A DNA stretch of 64,000 nucleotides from Hydrolagus colliei (taxonomy: Eukaryota). Shown here piece after piece: positions 41,651-54,806 of this stretch. Each line of letters begins with the position of its first letter. The stretch's first letter is position 1. The translations under genes were made by a program, and so were the position numbers. The notes under the pieces are model-generated. The model saw only the letters and a program-made list of their open reading frames with translations, searched no databases and had not been told where the DNA came from. The stretch is taken from contig CM068751.1 in the NCBI GenBank assembly GCA_035084275.1, forward strand, positions 18,724,001 through 18,788,000, read 5' to 3'.

Positions 41651-43774
41651 TGCAGAGTTGGGTGCTATATAAATTCAAGGTGTTGTTGTTATTTACACGG
41701 GAACTGTATATAGGAGCAGTAGCTGATGATTATGTGGGAGTACAGAGATTGTATTTTTAGACATGTTGGCAATGTAGATCAGAATACTGAGTTTGCTTAT
41801 TCATTTTCGTAATATATTCTCAGCAAAGAAAAGTCTCTCACGCGCGAGCATGTACACACGCACCAAACAGCAAAACTCAACAAATCTGAACGCTCGTCTG
41901 CAAAGGGGCAACCTTGTGACACAAACCCATATAAATAGAAGGGAGGCCGTTGCTATTCTCACGGAGGAACCTCGCAGCCCAAGCACCAAAACTAAGGAGA
42001 GGCTTTCCCCAACGAACGAGACGCTAATCCGACAGCATGATTCAGCCCGGGCCATGATTATTGCGTCTGCCAACATCCACTCACAGGGTAGCATTTACTG
42101 GGAGTGGTTCCCGTCTGTGGCCCAGAGAATGGTGCGGGGGAGTGAGGGAGGAATGCAAGAAAAGGAAAAATGAAGGGAAAAAAAATTACCACATAAATAA
42201 AGTATGCGCTTCTCTCTCTCTCTCTCCCTGTTTGAGTGTCGGCAATTTTGTCTCCGAGTTAGACTGTCTTGGGGTTCATGCCCCACATTTGTATGATACT
42301 GGCTGTAGGATGTTTGTGGGGGACGCTGCTGTGCGCAATTGGCTACCGTGTTTTGCCCACAAATATATACAGTCGCTTTACAGTCTATTCCTTGAAGTGC
42401 TTTGAGATGTCGATAAGATGTGAAAAGTGCTATATCAAATGCAAGGATTATTATATTATTACAGTATAACCAATTTGCCTGTTAAATATAAAAGGTATAT
42501 ATTCACCTGATAAAATTCAAATGATTCAATTTAACATCGAGAGAGAAAGCTCAATGCTCTTTAAAATTGGTCGTTTACTATTTGTTGTGTGTTGTGTGCA
42601 AATTGTCTGCCTTGGCAGTACAGTGTATCCTGTGTTGGGCTGCATCTATAAGAACCCAAGAGGTTCTCCGAGCATTGCAAGCAAAGACCACAACCACCAT
42701 TCAACCACCTGACGGGGATTTGAACTCACACCCTTCTGATTTAGGAGACAATAGCACTACCGACTGAGCCAGGTTGACAAACATTACATCCACTACATAC
42801 ATTCGGCAGTGTATCCTATAAGAGACGTCCTTGTGAAGCCAAAGGCTATAAAATGTAAAGAATTATTCCTTTCAGGAATCTCATCTCCTTTGCCCCACAC
42901 CTGTACTCTCAAGCGCCGTAAAGAAACATCCTCACACTTACTTACTTCCTCCCCCCCCCCTCCCCTCTCCTCCCACAAACACATTCCAGTTCAGAAAATG
43001 TCAATCAGCGCACTTCAGGCACGGAACATCTATTTTGCCATCTTCCCACTCGAACTGTAATCGCAAACACATGTTTTGTTCGTTCCCCCCCCTCCCCACC
43101 CCACCCACCGTGCGCAATTCCTACTGGGATTGTATGGTACACCAACAATCCACAATGATATCATCCAACATGGAATCCAGCGCATAACCAGCAATGGGAT
43201 CCCAAGGCTGTCAAACCGCGAGTTATTTTTCACAAAAATTGATTCCTCAGAAGTACAGCAGCAGATGTTACACAACCCTGGACTGGTGGCTTTCCCAACA
43301 GAGCTGCCGATCATAGTTCATGAGAGTGCGTTCGTTTTTATACACACTTTGCACTTCCAAAAACAAAAGCGCAGACACCGATTGTTTACAGCACAGAAAC
43401 AGGCCGTGTATCTCTTTAAGTCTGAGTTAGTGCTTTTGGCCGCAAGAGACAGAGGATCCTAATCCCATTTCTCTCACACGCCATTCTCTTTTAATGTTCC
43501 TCTCTAAGCATGTAGATCTTGTTCCCTTTCAGAAGAATTTATGGACTCTGCCTTCATATTCCAACTACCCCTGTGTGTAACAGAAATATTTTCCAACTTC
43601 CCCTTTACACGTTTTTATGATTATCTTAATGTGTTCTCTCTAGCAGCTGACCCACCGACCAACGGAAATAACCTATTAGTTTACACTCAATCGCAATCCT
43701 TCACACTATTGAAGGGCTATATCCTACCTAACCTTCTCAGCTCTGGGGAAATAACACCCAACTTATCAAGTGAA

Positions 43775-44527
<753 letters not shown>

Positions 44528-45479
44528 CTAACTGGTCCGTGACAAAACCAGTTAAGTCTCTAACTTCCCAACAGAAGGTTTATTTCGAACATTACAACTT
44601 TTCTAAGATCTTACAACAAGGGCCCTCAAAGACACGATGTTTCGCCCACAAATATAGTCATAGAATCATAGAATCTTAAGGCACAAAAGGAAGCCATTCG
44701 ACCCATTGCGTCTGCGCCGGCTCTTTGAAAAGAGCAATTTAATCCCACTCCCCAGCTCTCTCTCTCTCTCTCTCTCCCCATAACCTCGCAAACCCGTCCT
44801 CCCTAAACAAATGTCTGCCTCTCTTTTAAAAGTTGTCGTCGCTTCAGTCGATTCACTTTACAGCATGTTCCGCAAAGCGCTTTGAGACGCAGACTCAGAA
44901 GACGTGAGAGCAACGCTGCATCAAATGCGAGGATGGATGGGCGCGTGTGGTGGTTCTGCATCGCCGGTAACTTGCACAACAACAATTTGGTCTCAATAAA
45001 GCATCTTGTTGTGCCAGGGGATGAAGTCAGTGAGTTATAGGTGTGTTTGACAGAAAGTCCCAGGGTGGAAAATGAAATCACAAGGCTCTACTTATAGATG
45101 GTTGCCCACAAACAACACAGCCATCGAACAGCCGCGGAATCCAACAGAATTCCATTCATTTGCCATGTCAAGGTCCAAAAAACATCAACGCTGCCATCAG
45201 AGACTAAATAGCTGTGCTGGCAAATTAATTTTCAGTACAAAATGTACTCCTATATTCTCAAGACACTTAGAGTGCTGGCTTTACAAGAAAAAATTAACAT
45301 TGGGTATTTATTTTTAAAAAAACACACACACATATGGTTTAGAGGAATATTTGGGGTAAGTGATTGTCTTCTGTGCTCTAATCATGTCCAGGCACAATGA
45401 CAATAATAATAATCCTTAGATTTGGTACCACATTTCACATCAGGAGGACATCCCAAAGCACCTCAAAGGATAATGTGTA

Positions 45480-45839
45480 AATAATAATAATCCTTGCATT
45501 TGATGTAGCGCTTATCGACGTCTCAAAGCGCTTCACAGAACATACTGTAAAGTGAATTGACTGTATATTTGTGAGCGAAACGCGGCAGCCAATTGCGTAC
45601 AGCAGCGTCCCCCACAAACAGTCGTGGAATATTTTCATTATTGTGGAGTTTTTTTGAGGGATTATTATTAGGTAGGTAGGTAGGTGGGTGGGTGGGTGGG
45701 TGGGTGGGTGTGTGTGTGTGGAGTAAGGAAACTTGCCCAAGGTTTTGCCCTGATCTGCATGGATTCGAACACAGGTCTCACGTGTGTAAGGCTAGTGCTC
45801 TCACCACTGAGCAACACGAGTTCCACACATACATGCGTG

Positions 45840-45893
<54 letters not shown>
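45480..45893 (-). mobile_element. SINE with an expanded (GGTG/GGTA)n linker, followed by a (CA)n microsatellite
   Basis: Seen directly. Confidence 0.85.
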
Positions 45894-45895
<2 letters not shown>

Positions 45896-45954
45896 GAATA
45901 CCTCCCACATATTAAACGTTACATTCAGTGTATATAATGGAATGGAATAAATTA

Positions 45955-46194
<240 letters not shown>

Positions 46195-46239
46195 TCAACA
46201 ACATCACAGACACAAGTCACTACACTTCACGGTAAAATC

Positions 46240-46556
46240 ATACGAAGCGCTCCCTCCGCTCAGCGGGCCCCGGCTTGCTCCGTGTCCCCAGACCCACCCG
46301 CCCACCCCACCATCAGCGGGCAAGCCTTCAGCCACTCTGCCGCTAACCGATGGAATTGCATCCCGCAGTCCCTCCGCCACAATCTCTTCCCTGGCCTCCT
46401 TCAAGACCCCGCCTCACGCCCAAATCCCCTGCTCTCCCTCCACCCTTTCCCGACCCCGATCCCAGCTCCGGTTTGGAAAAATGACTGTCCAGCGCTTTGG
46501 GACGTCCTCCTGACGTGAAAGGCGCTGTACAAGTCTAATTTTGTTGTTGCTGTTGT
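46240..46556 (+). mobile_element. L2-type LINE 3' end with (TTG)n tail; similar copies at about 19525-19705, 34770-34992, 40095-40305(-), 48735-48920
   Basis: FSHSAANRWNCIP-like ORF2 end, then CAGCGCTTTGGGACGTCCTCCTGACGTGAAAGGCGCTGTACAAG...TTGTTGTTG. Confidence 0.75.
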
Positions 46557-46709
46557 AAAAATTAGTCCCAACTATGACCTTGTCTACATTTTGGCATTTG
46601 TTCCCAAGTTCCTAGGGTTTCTCTTTGCTAATTAACCTCTAGCTTCTAGATCTCACATGAATGGCTGGTAACTGCAAATCCAATTTTTTTTTCTTTTCAT
46701 CCAGGTTTA

Positions 46710-46853
<144 letters not shown>

Positions 46854-47533
46854 TCATGACATTATTGCTTCCTCCTTTGATGCACATGTCTTTATCAACC
46901 ATCGAGGTGCTAGAGGCTGATCGCAGTGTTGGGGGATGACTGGATGAGGTAGCACACTTCAGTTTGAAATAATAATAATCCTTGCATTTTGATATAGCAC
47001 ATTTCACATCTTATCGATGTCTCAAAGCGCTTCACAGAACATACTGCAAAGTGAATAAATCGACTGTATATTTGTGGGCGAAATGCGGCAGCCAATTGCA
47101 CACAGCAGTGTACTACAAACAGTCGTGGATTGTGAAATGCCCAATTTTTCTTGTTGGGTTTTTTTGGAGCGGATTATTATTAGGCGTGTGTGTGTGGAGT
47201 AAGGAATCTTGCCCAAGGTTTCGCCCTGATCTGCCTGGATTCGAAACATAGGTCTCACGCTTGTAAGGCGAGAGCTCTAACCACTGATCTCCATGCGCTT
47301 CATAGAATGTGCTATAAAATTAATTGACTGTATATTTATGGGCGAAAATAAAAAACTCTACCGTAGTGTGGCCGCTGCCAGGAGACGTGTTTAGGAAACT
47401 GCCCGATGCTGTGTTATACAAAGGTGACAGGATTGGTAAACCATAGGGGATGAGGTAAGAGAACAGAGTGAAACCGGGCTTCTAGGTTATTGGCTTGCAA
47501 ACACAAGCAGTACTGTGTGTCGGTTTTTGCTCA

Positions 47534-47737
<204 letters not shown>

Positions 47738-48420
47738 CTACATGACGAGAGGGTGCCAACACAATGGCAGGCAGCAAAATCAACACACACCCATCCCAAA
47801 TCACCATATAGTAATAATAATAATAATCCTTGCATTCGGTATAACCCTTTTCACATCTTATCGACGTCTCAAAGCGCTTCACAAGAGTATGCTGTAAAGT
47901 GAATTAATTGACCGTATATTTGTGGGTGAAATGAGGCAGCCAATTGCGCGCAGCAAACAGTCTTGGATTGAAATAACCAATTTATTATTGGGGGGGTTTT
48001 TTACGGATTATTATTAGGCGCGTGCGCGTGTGTGTGTGTGTGGAGTAAGGAAACTTGTCCACAGTTTCTCCCTGACCTGTTTGGATTCGATTTGAATTGA
48101 TACAGTCAATTCACTTTACAGTACAATCTGTCAAGCGCTTTGAGACGTCGATAAGCTGTGAAAAGCTGTATATCAGATGCAAGGATTATTATTCTAAGTG
48201 TTGATGAGTTCCAGTCTATTCAGTAAGGTGAGGGTTAAAGGGAAATCAAGTCAGGGAGAATACAATCTACTCCATTGGATATAGATGTACAATATATTTT
48301 TTTTACACACAAGTAACAGCTTTTTATGCTGATGGACCCACATTCCTCAACAATGGAAGGATTAAAACTCACTTCACTTATGTATCTATGTATGTATTTA
48401 CTTGTTTATTTATTTGTTTG

Positions 48421-49843
48421 TTTGGCTAAAATCCTGAGGCGGAATGAATGTAGCGTTTGTGTGGCGTCGGCGAGGAGACAGACGAACGGATAGGATAAAC
48501 AGCAGCTCCATACAGAGATCACAACAAACACGGCCTCTGACACTGCACCCACCCCCCCACCCCCAACCCTGCCCAGCAGACTGCAAAGCCACTCTACACA
48601 GTTACACACATAAATCTGCACAGATATTCCTTCCAGTATCTGGCCCGGCCGTCTTAAAGGCGAAGTGACTTTGGAAGTTACTGTCCGAAGCATTCCAAAG
48701 TCATTTTCCCCAAATAAAATCACTAGGTTACTCATACGAAACCCTCCTCTTCGACCGTGCCTTCTGCTGCCCTCCAAACTCTCTCCCTCCCAACTCTCTC
48801 CATCCCCTCCTAACTGTCTCTCGCCCTTGTTCGAATCCCGTCCTGACTGTTCAGTGCCTTCGGGCGTCCTCCTGATATGCGAGGCGCTCTAGAAATGTAA
48901 TTTTGTTGTTGTTGTTGTTGTGGCATGTGGAAGCTTGACTCAATGTAAGCAAGAAATTTTTACTTGTGTGCATGCGCGAAGTTACTGACTACATCATTTT
49001 TCTCCCCCAGGGTTTTGTAGCTGTTGCCAATCAGTGTAGATGTCAGGTTCCCTATTGTAACGATAAGAATAATTTTAAAATCCTTGCATTTGAAACAGTG
49101 CCCTTCACATCTGCAGCAGCAAAACGCTTCGCCAGGTACAACATACAGTGTAGTGACTGTGTATATTTGTAGGTGTACACAGCAGTTCGATCTGCACGCA
49201 GCAATGTGCAGCCAAGAAGTGAAAGACAACAATAACAAAATTACATTTCTAGAGCGCCTTTCACGTCGGGAGGACGCCCCAAACAGATGAATGGATGGGA
49301 TAAAAAAGCAACTCTGTATAGATATCTCAACAAACACAGCCTCTGACACTGACCCCCAACCCCTGCCGAGCAGACAGCAACTCTATACAGTTACACACAT
49401 AAATCTGCACAGATATTTACTACAAGGTTCAGTGACAGTGATTGCTGTAGGGAAGCCAACTCATCACAGCTGGTCTGGGACACAGTTCATCCCCATAACA
49501 GAGTTAGGGCCTGAGGAAGCAGGTCACAGGCAGTATAGTAAAAGTTAGGGCACTCATCAACTTTAACTAGATATTTCTTCTGTATCTGGAGCACAGACAC
49601 ACACGTCCCCTACAAAGGCACTGTTCCTTTAAGGTGACAAGAGTCCGATTTTGGATGAAATACAGGTCCAGATTTATGTCTGTGACTGTGTGGAGTTCCT
49701 GTTTGTTTGGCAGGTTGCTGTCCAGTGTCGAGAGGCTGCGTTTGTTGTGATAACTGTACGGAGCTGCTGTTTATTCCGCTCGCTGCGGATGTTATACAAA
49801 CTCTACATTCATTCCGCATAAACAGCTATAGATTTAGCCAAAT
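48421..49843. repeat. Unclassified long imperfect inverted repeat with an internal direct copy
   Basis: Arm 48421-48665 matches the reverse complement of about 49616-49843. A partial direct copy lies at 49284-49418. Confidence 0.7.
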
Positions 49844-51079
49844 ATAATAATCCGCTTTTCAAGAGCTCTGCCTTCTTTAAACTTCTTCGATCAACCTCCT
49901 CCTCCCCCCACACTCACCCCCACCCCCCCACACACACACTGCCCTCCATCCTCCCCAATCCCTACCCCCAGGATGGGTCTGGAATACTGTCTGTCCAGCA
50001 CCTTGGGACGTCCTTCTGTTGTGAAAGGCTCTGTGTAATTACGAGTGTAATTTTGTTATTGCTGTGGTTGTTATTTCTTCTAATCCGTCAACGGCAGAGT
50101 CTGACAATCAATATTGATCCCTGCAGCTCGAGTTCGGGGCAAAGACGGATAAAGTTTTGTTCACAGATGATGGCAAGTTAAGAAAAGACGTCCCAGAGAT
50201 AGTACAACGGAGCTCTTACGCTCTGGAACGCACTGCCTGGAAGGGTTGCTGGTCGCTTTCAAAAGGGAGGTGGACAGTTACATAAAAAGGAAACATTTGC
50301 AGGGCTATGGGGGTAAGTGCGGGGGAGTGGGACTGGTCGGTAACTCTTTCAGAGAGCGGACACAGGCACGATGGCCTCCTTCTGTGCAGTCAGATTCTAC
50401 GATTCAATCTCCAAAGCCACCCAAGGCAAAGCAAGCAGCAAATACTCCACTCCTGCCCTCTTTTGGATGAAAGCGAAAGTTGAACGAACTGAGATTGCTT
50501 CTCAACTTGTTGCATCTGTGCCAACAGCAAGATTGCCAAGGTAGCCAAATGTAGCAGGCTCACATAGAGGCCTGAGACATCAAACTGTTTGAGACTGACT
50601 TGAATGCCTAACAATCAATCCGTTGCACATTTTTTCTTTGACGACATAAGCGGCAACGGATTATGGACGGTGCAAGTACAAAAGGAATCTGGTAAGAGTG
50701 ACTTGCAGAATTAATACTAATACTAATAATACTAATAATCCTTGCATTTGATATAACGCTTTGCACATCTTATCGACGTCTCAAAACCCTTCGCAGAATG
50801 TACCGTAAAGTGAATTGACTGTACGTTTGTGGGTGAAACACAGCAGCGAATTGCGCACAGCAGTGTCTCACAAATAGTGGTGGATTGAAAATGACCAATT
50901 TTATTGTTGTGTTTTTTGGGGGGGACGGATTATTATTAGGCGTGTGTGTGGAGTAAGGAAAGTAGGCGAATAGTCTAACCACTGAGCTACAGGAGAGTGT
51001 GGAAGAGGTTGATTTGAAAGAAGTTGACTTGTAAAGTTCACGTTCAAGAATTGAGTGAATCTATATTGCATTTTGTGGA

Positions 51080-51279
51080 NNNNNNNNNNNNNNNNNNNNN
51101 NNNNNNNNNNNNNNNNNNNNNNNNNNNNNNNNNNNNNNNNNNNNNNNNNNNNNNNNNNNNNNNNNNNNNNNNNNNNNNNNNNNNNNNNNNNNNNNNNNNN
51201 NNNNNNNNNNNNNNNNNNNNNNNNNNNNNNNNNNNNNNNNNNNNNNNNNNNNNNNNNNNNNNNNNNNNNNNNNNNNNNN
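51080..51279. other. Assembly gap (200 N) between visible TRPC1 and PLS1 exons
   Basis: N run; expected exons of both genes are missing around it. Confidence 0.98.
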
Positions 51280-51546
51280 TGTGTGCAAATTGGATACAGC
51301 GTTTGCCTATTATTGTTGGCCATGACATGGAGCAAAACTTCCTTTTCGAATAGTACGGTGAGATATTTAACGTCGATCTGATCAGGAAAATAGTTTAACG
51401 TCTCAACCGAAGGAAGGCACCTCTGACAATGCATCGCCTCCCTCCATGATTGAATTACAAATGTACACCCCACATTAATGAGTTCTCAAAGCAACAACAA
51501 CAGCGAAATGACATTTGTATCGATCGCGCCTTTCACATCAAAGCAC

Positions 51547-51689
51547 CTTAATGTCTTGGCTAAAGTTGGTGATGTTTGGATACCCTGCATTTTTGAGATG
51601 GTAATTGACCCAACGCAGAAGGAGGTCTTCTGGTGAAAGCTTCATCAGTTCCTCCAACTCTTCACCTTCCATCAGCAAAGTTATCAGGG
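51547..51689 (-). CDS. PLS1: PLS1 coding exon 7 (start of CH2); last visible exon
   Basis: tccag|[49 protein letters not shown]|gtgctt. Confidence 0.93.
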
Positions 51690-52133
51690 CTGGAGGAAAG
51701 AACAACCACGCAACTTGATCAGCAAAGTGAGTACAATTCCTCACAGGATGTCAATGTATATTGGCGCCTACCACTCGAACAAAGCATCACACACCAGGTA
51801 TGGAAAAGCATGACATCACAGCAATGGGAAATGCAATGGAACACACTGAGACCAGCCTGGCTCTGAAGGTTTGAGCACACTACCATCTCGTTGGCCACCA
51901 AAGTAGGTTCACTACTGCCAGTGGAAACACTCAGGGTGCAATAGAAACTCTGGTGTTAGTGTATCCTGTTGGTTTCAGATACCCTCTAGACCTGAGAGGT
52001 GTAATTGTGCCAAACAACCTCTCAAGAGATCAATAGTTCGCATCAAGCCCATGTTAATGTCAAATGGTCTCCTTTCATCACTGTGCTTAAAAGTCTCAAC
52101 GCCGCAATGATCTCATTATGTCTCTTGTATACA

Positions 52134-52383
52134 TGGAGCTCCTGTAGCTCAGTGGGTAGAGCACTCGCCTTACACGGGTGAGAACTGCGTTCAAATCCAG
52201 ACAGATCAGGACGAAACCTTGGGCAAGTTTCCTTTCTCCACACACACGCCAAATAATAATCCCTCCAAAAAAAAACACAATAATAAAATTGGTCATTTCA
52301 CCCCATGGCTGTTTGTGGGGGACGCCGCTGTGCGCAATTGGCTGCCGCGTTTCGTCCACAAATATACAGTGAATTCAGTTTAC
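52134..52383 (+). mobile_element. 3'-truncated SINE abutting a PLS1 splice donor
   Basis: Intact head and core; similarity ends at ...GAATTCAGTTTAC, exactly at the exon edge. Confidence 0.85.
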
Positions 52384-52549
52384 CTTCATTCCTGGTGATT
52401 TCAATATGAGCGAAGAGGCCGATCTTGATAATCTGCCATAAAAGGCCCAGAACGAGGTGGTGTCTGCCATCTTTCAGGTCCTGAGTTCCGATGTTCACCA
52501 CTGTGCAACCGATCGCAGATGCCGAGTTCAAAGCTAGGCTCAGGTTTTC
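52384..52549 (-). CDS. PLS1: PLS1 coding exon 6 (CH1)
   Basis: cacag|[55 protein letters not shown]+G|gtaaac. Confidence 0.95.
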
Positions 52550-53018
52550 CTGTGGAAGAAATAATGAGTCCCATTAGGCTTTAATCATCATGGTTGGCAT
52601 CAATTTCATTCTGCGTTAAATAACCCATTTACAGAGGATTAATGCGGCAAATCGAAAGCCTGGATTGGACAACGCCTAATAATAATCCATCAAAAAAAAA
52701 CACAAGAATAAAAATCGGTAATTTCCAATCCACGACTGTTTGTGGGGGTCGCTGCCGTGCGCAATTGGCTGCCGCGCTTCGTCCACAAATATACAGGCAA
52801 TTCACTTTACGGTATATTCTATGAAGCGCTTTGAGACATGGATAAGATGTGAAAAGCGCTACATCAAATGCAAGGATTATTATTATTTTTATTATCAAGT
52901 GCACCTTCGGTTAATAAGTCACGTTGGCATATGAATACCGCTACTACGCATCTAGCTCTTCGATGGTTTCTACTTGTATCTTGATTGTAACTGCTCTGAA
53001 TGTCAGTCGGATACTTAC

Positions 53019-53100
53019 AGAAATAGTGAACGGTGTAAGCTTCCGTTTGTTGATTACCCGCTCATCGATTGTGTCTGGTTGGGACAAGTTTATCATCTTG
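53019..53100 (-). CDS. PLS1: PLS1 coding exon 5 (CH1)
   Basis: tccag|[28 protein letters not shown]|gtaagt. Confidence 0.94.
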
Positions 53101-53518
53101 CTGGAGAGGGAAGAAGAGATTTTAACTCATTGACCCGGCTATCTAAGATTTCTCCATCAACTGTGGCAGTAACACAGATTCAGTCTGATTCAATACCCCA
53201 TATCTAACGGAGCCTAGCTGGAATCTGGGACACAACAGTCTCAAAGAAGCAAGGATTTGATAGCGAGTCCAGTATGGCCTGAATCATGCAATCCAGAGTT
53301 ACAGAGTAGCACTGGCAGAAAGTTACGAGTTACGACACTTGCCTTGTATTTCGACCAAACCACCCTCTGTGGCTTCCTAACTTACAAGATAAGACTACTT
53401 GCACATCAATGCAGCATAGAGAAACTAAAACCCATAGAGAGTTAGATGATGTAGGCCTATTATCCCATCCCTTCAACAATACCAAAGCCGCAGAAGAAGC
53501 CAAACGAGTCCACATTAC

Positions 53519-53651
53519 CATAGAAGGATTCCGTCGCCAACCGCACCGAACAAGCGGTCACTGCTCGGGTCCATGGGGATCAAATGTTTAGCATCGGGAT
53601 CTTTTTCTAACGCTTTGTTAATCCAGTTCACAAAGGCAACTTTCTCCTCCT
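53519..53651 (-). CDS. PLS1: PLS1 coding exon 4 (start of CH1)
   Basis: tacag|[45 protein letters not shown]+TG|gtaatg. Confidence 0.94.
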
Positions 53652-54676
53652 CTGTAAAATCGAGACATCAAGTAGTTTAGGGCGCTCTTCTGGCTGACAT
53701 GGAATAAAGCACAGCCAGCAACCGCCTTTTATTTGTCAGCCGCGTCTCTCAAGCAACGAGATGGGACTTCATCACGTGGCCAGGGCATCCGAACCAGCGC
53801 TGGATCCATGTATGCCACTTAAGCATGGATGGCAATTTCCCACTGCCTTGAATGGAACACGCTCTCTCTTTTCCCTGAAAAGGACCCCATCTCTGAAAGC
53901 ATTAAGCCACAGGTTGGCGAGAGTCAGGTCTTGGGGACCCCCAGCGTGTGCCTTCTGCGGAGTAAAGCAAATTGACACCAAATGGGACAGAAAAACAAAT
54001 CAAATGTTAAAAAAAGCGCAATCGAGTGAAACAATTCTTGCACCCAAGTGTGGAGACTTTTAAAAGCGTGGAGACCTTTAAAACAAAAGGTTATTATTGA
54101 GGAGACCTTTCTATTTTGTGGCACTCGTCATTGACTGCCATATTCACCCACAAATACACCCACAGCCACCGCAGTCCACGGCATAATCCTGTGAAGCCTC
54201 AATGACATAAGGTACTGCGTCAAAACCACGGCTCATTATATCACTTGGGTAACAGTCTAGCCAAAGGAGAAGGCAAATCATATAGACCCAAAACAAACAG
54301 TACCAGAGCTGTGTATCATAGACCTCTAGACATGGTTCACAGGCAGCACTGACTACGAAAGAGAATATTCATCCACTCAAATTGTTTCCCTGTCAATTCT
54401 TTCCTGTTCTTAGTTGAGTGTTCCCCCGCCCCCCCCACCCCACCCAGTTTGAGTCAGCTGGAAGCACTCCTGCCTCTTGTACAAACTTAGCATCTCTCCA
54501 GCTAAATAAACTCTCTTATAATCACGGCACTCATTCCCATTTTTTGGGGGGCTTGCTCCTGCTTTGCCACTGTCAAGCTGCTCTGGGACTCTATCCTACG
54601 TGAGGGGCGTTGGGTCAATGTAAATTGTCGTTGTCCAGGATGGCAGCAAGCCCTGAAGGGACTGAGGGCGACGCAC

Positions 54677-54806
54677 CTTCGTAGGAATGTTGAGTTCCTT
54701 CGCTGGATCGATCGGAGGTGCCACCAATAGCACGGATCCCCTCTTTCCGGTTAATGGCTTTTCGGAAGGTTTTGCTGATGTCTTTATCTTTAAGTTCCTG
54801 ACAAAC
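54677..54806 (-). CDS. PLS1: PLS1 coding exon 3 (headpiece linker)
   Basis: gctag|[43 protein letters not shown]+G|gtgcgt. Confidence 0.93.

Noticed and set aside
48960-49055. Possible TRPC1 exon 3 (NLTSTLIGNSYKTLGEKNDVV...)
   Set aside because: No resemblance to the ankyrin-repeat exon expected (DALLVAIDSEVVGAVDILL-like) and weak splice context.
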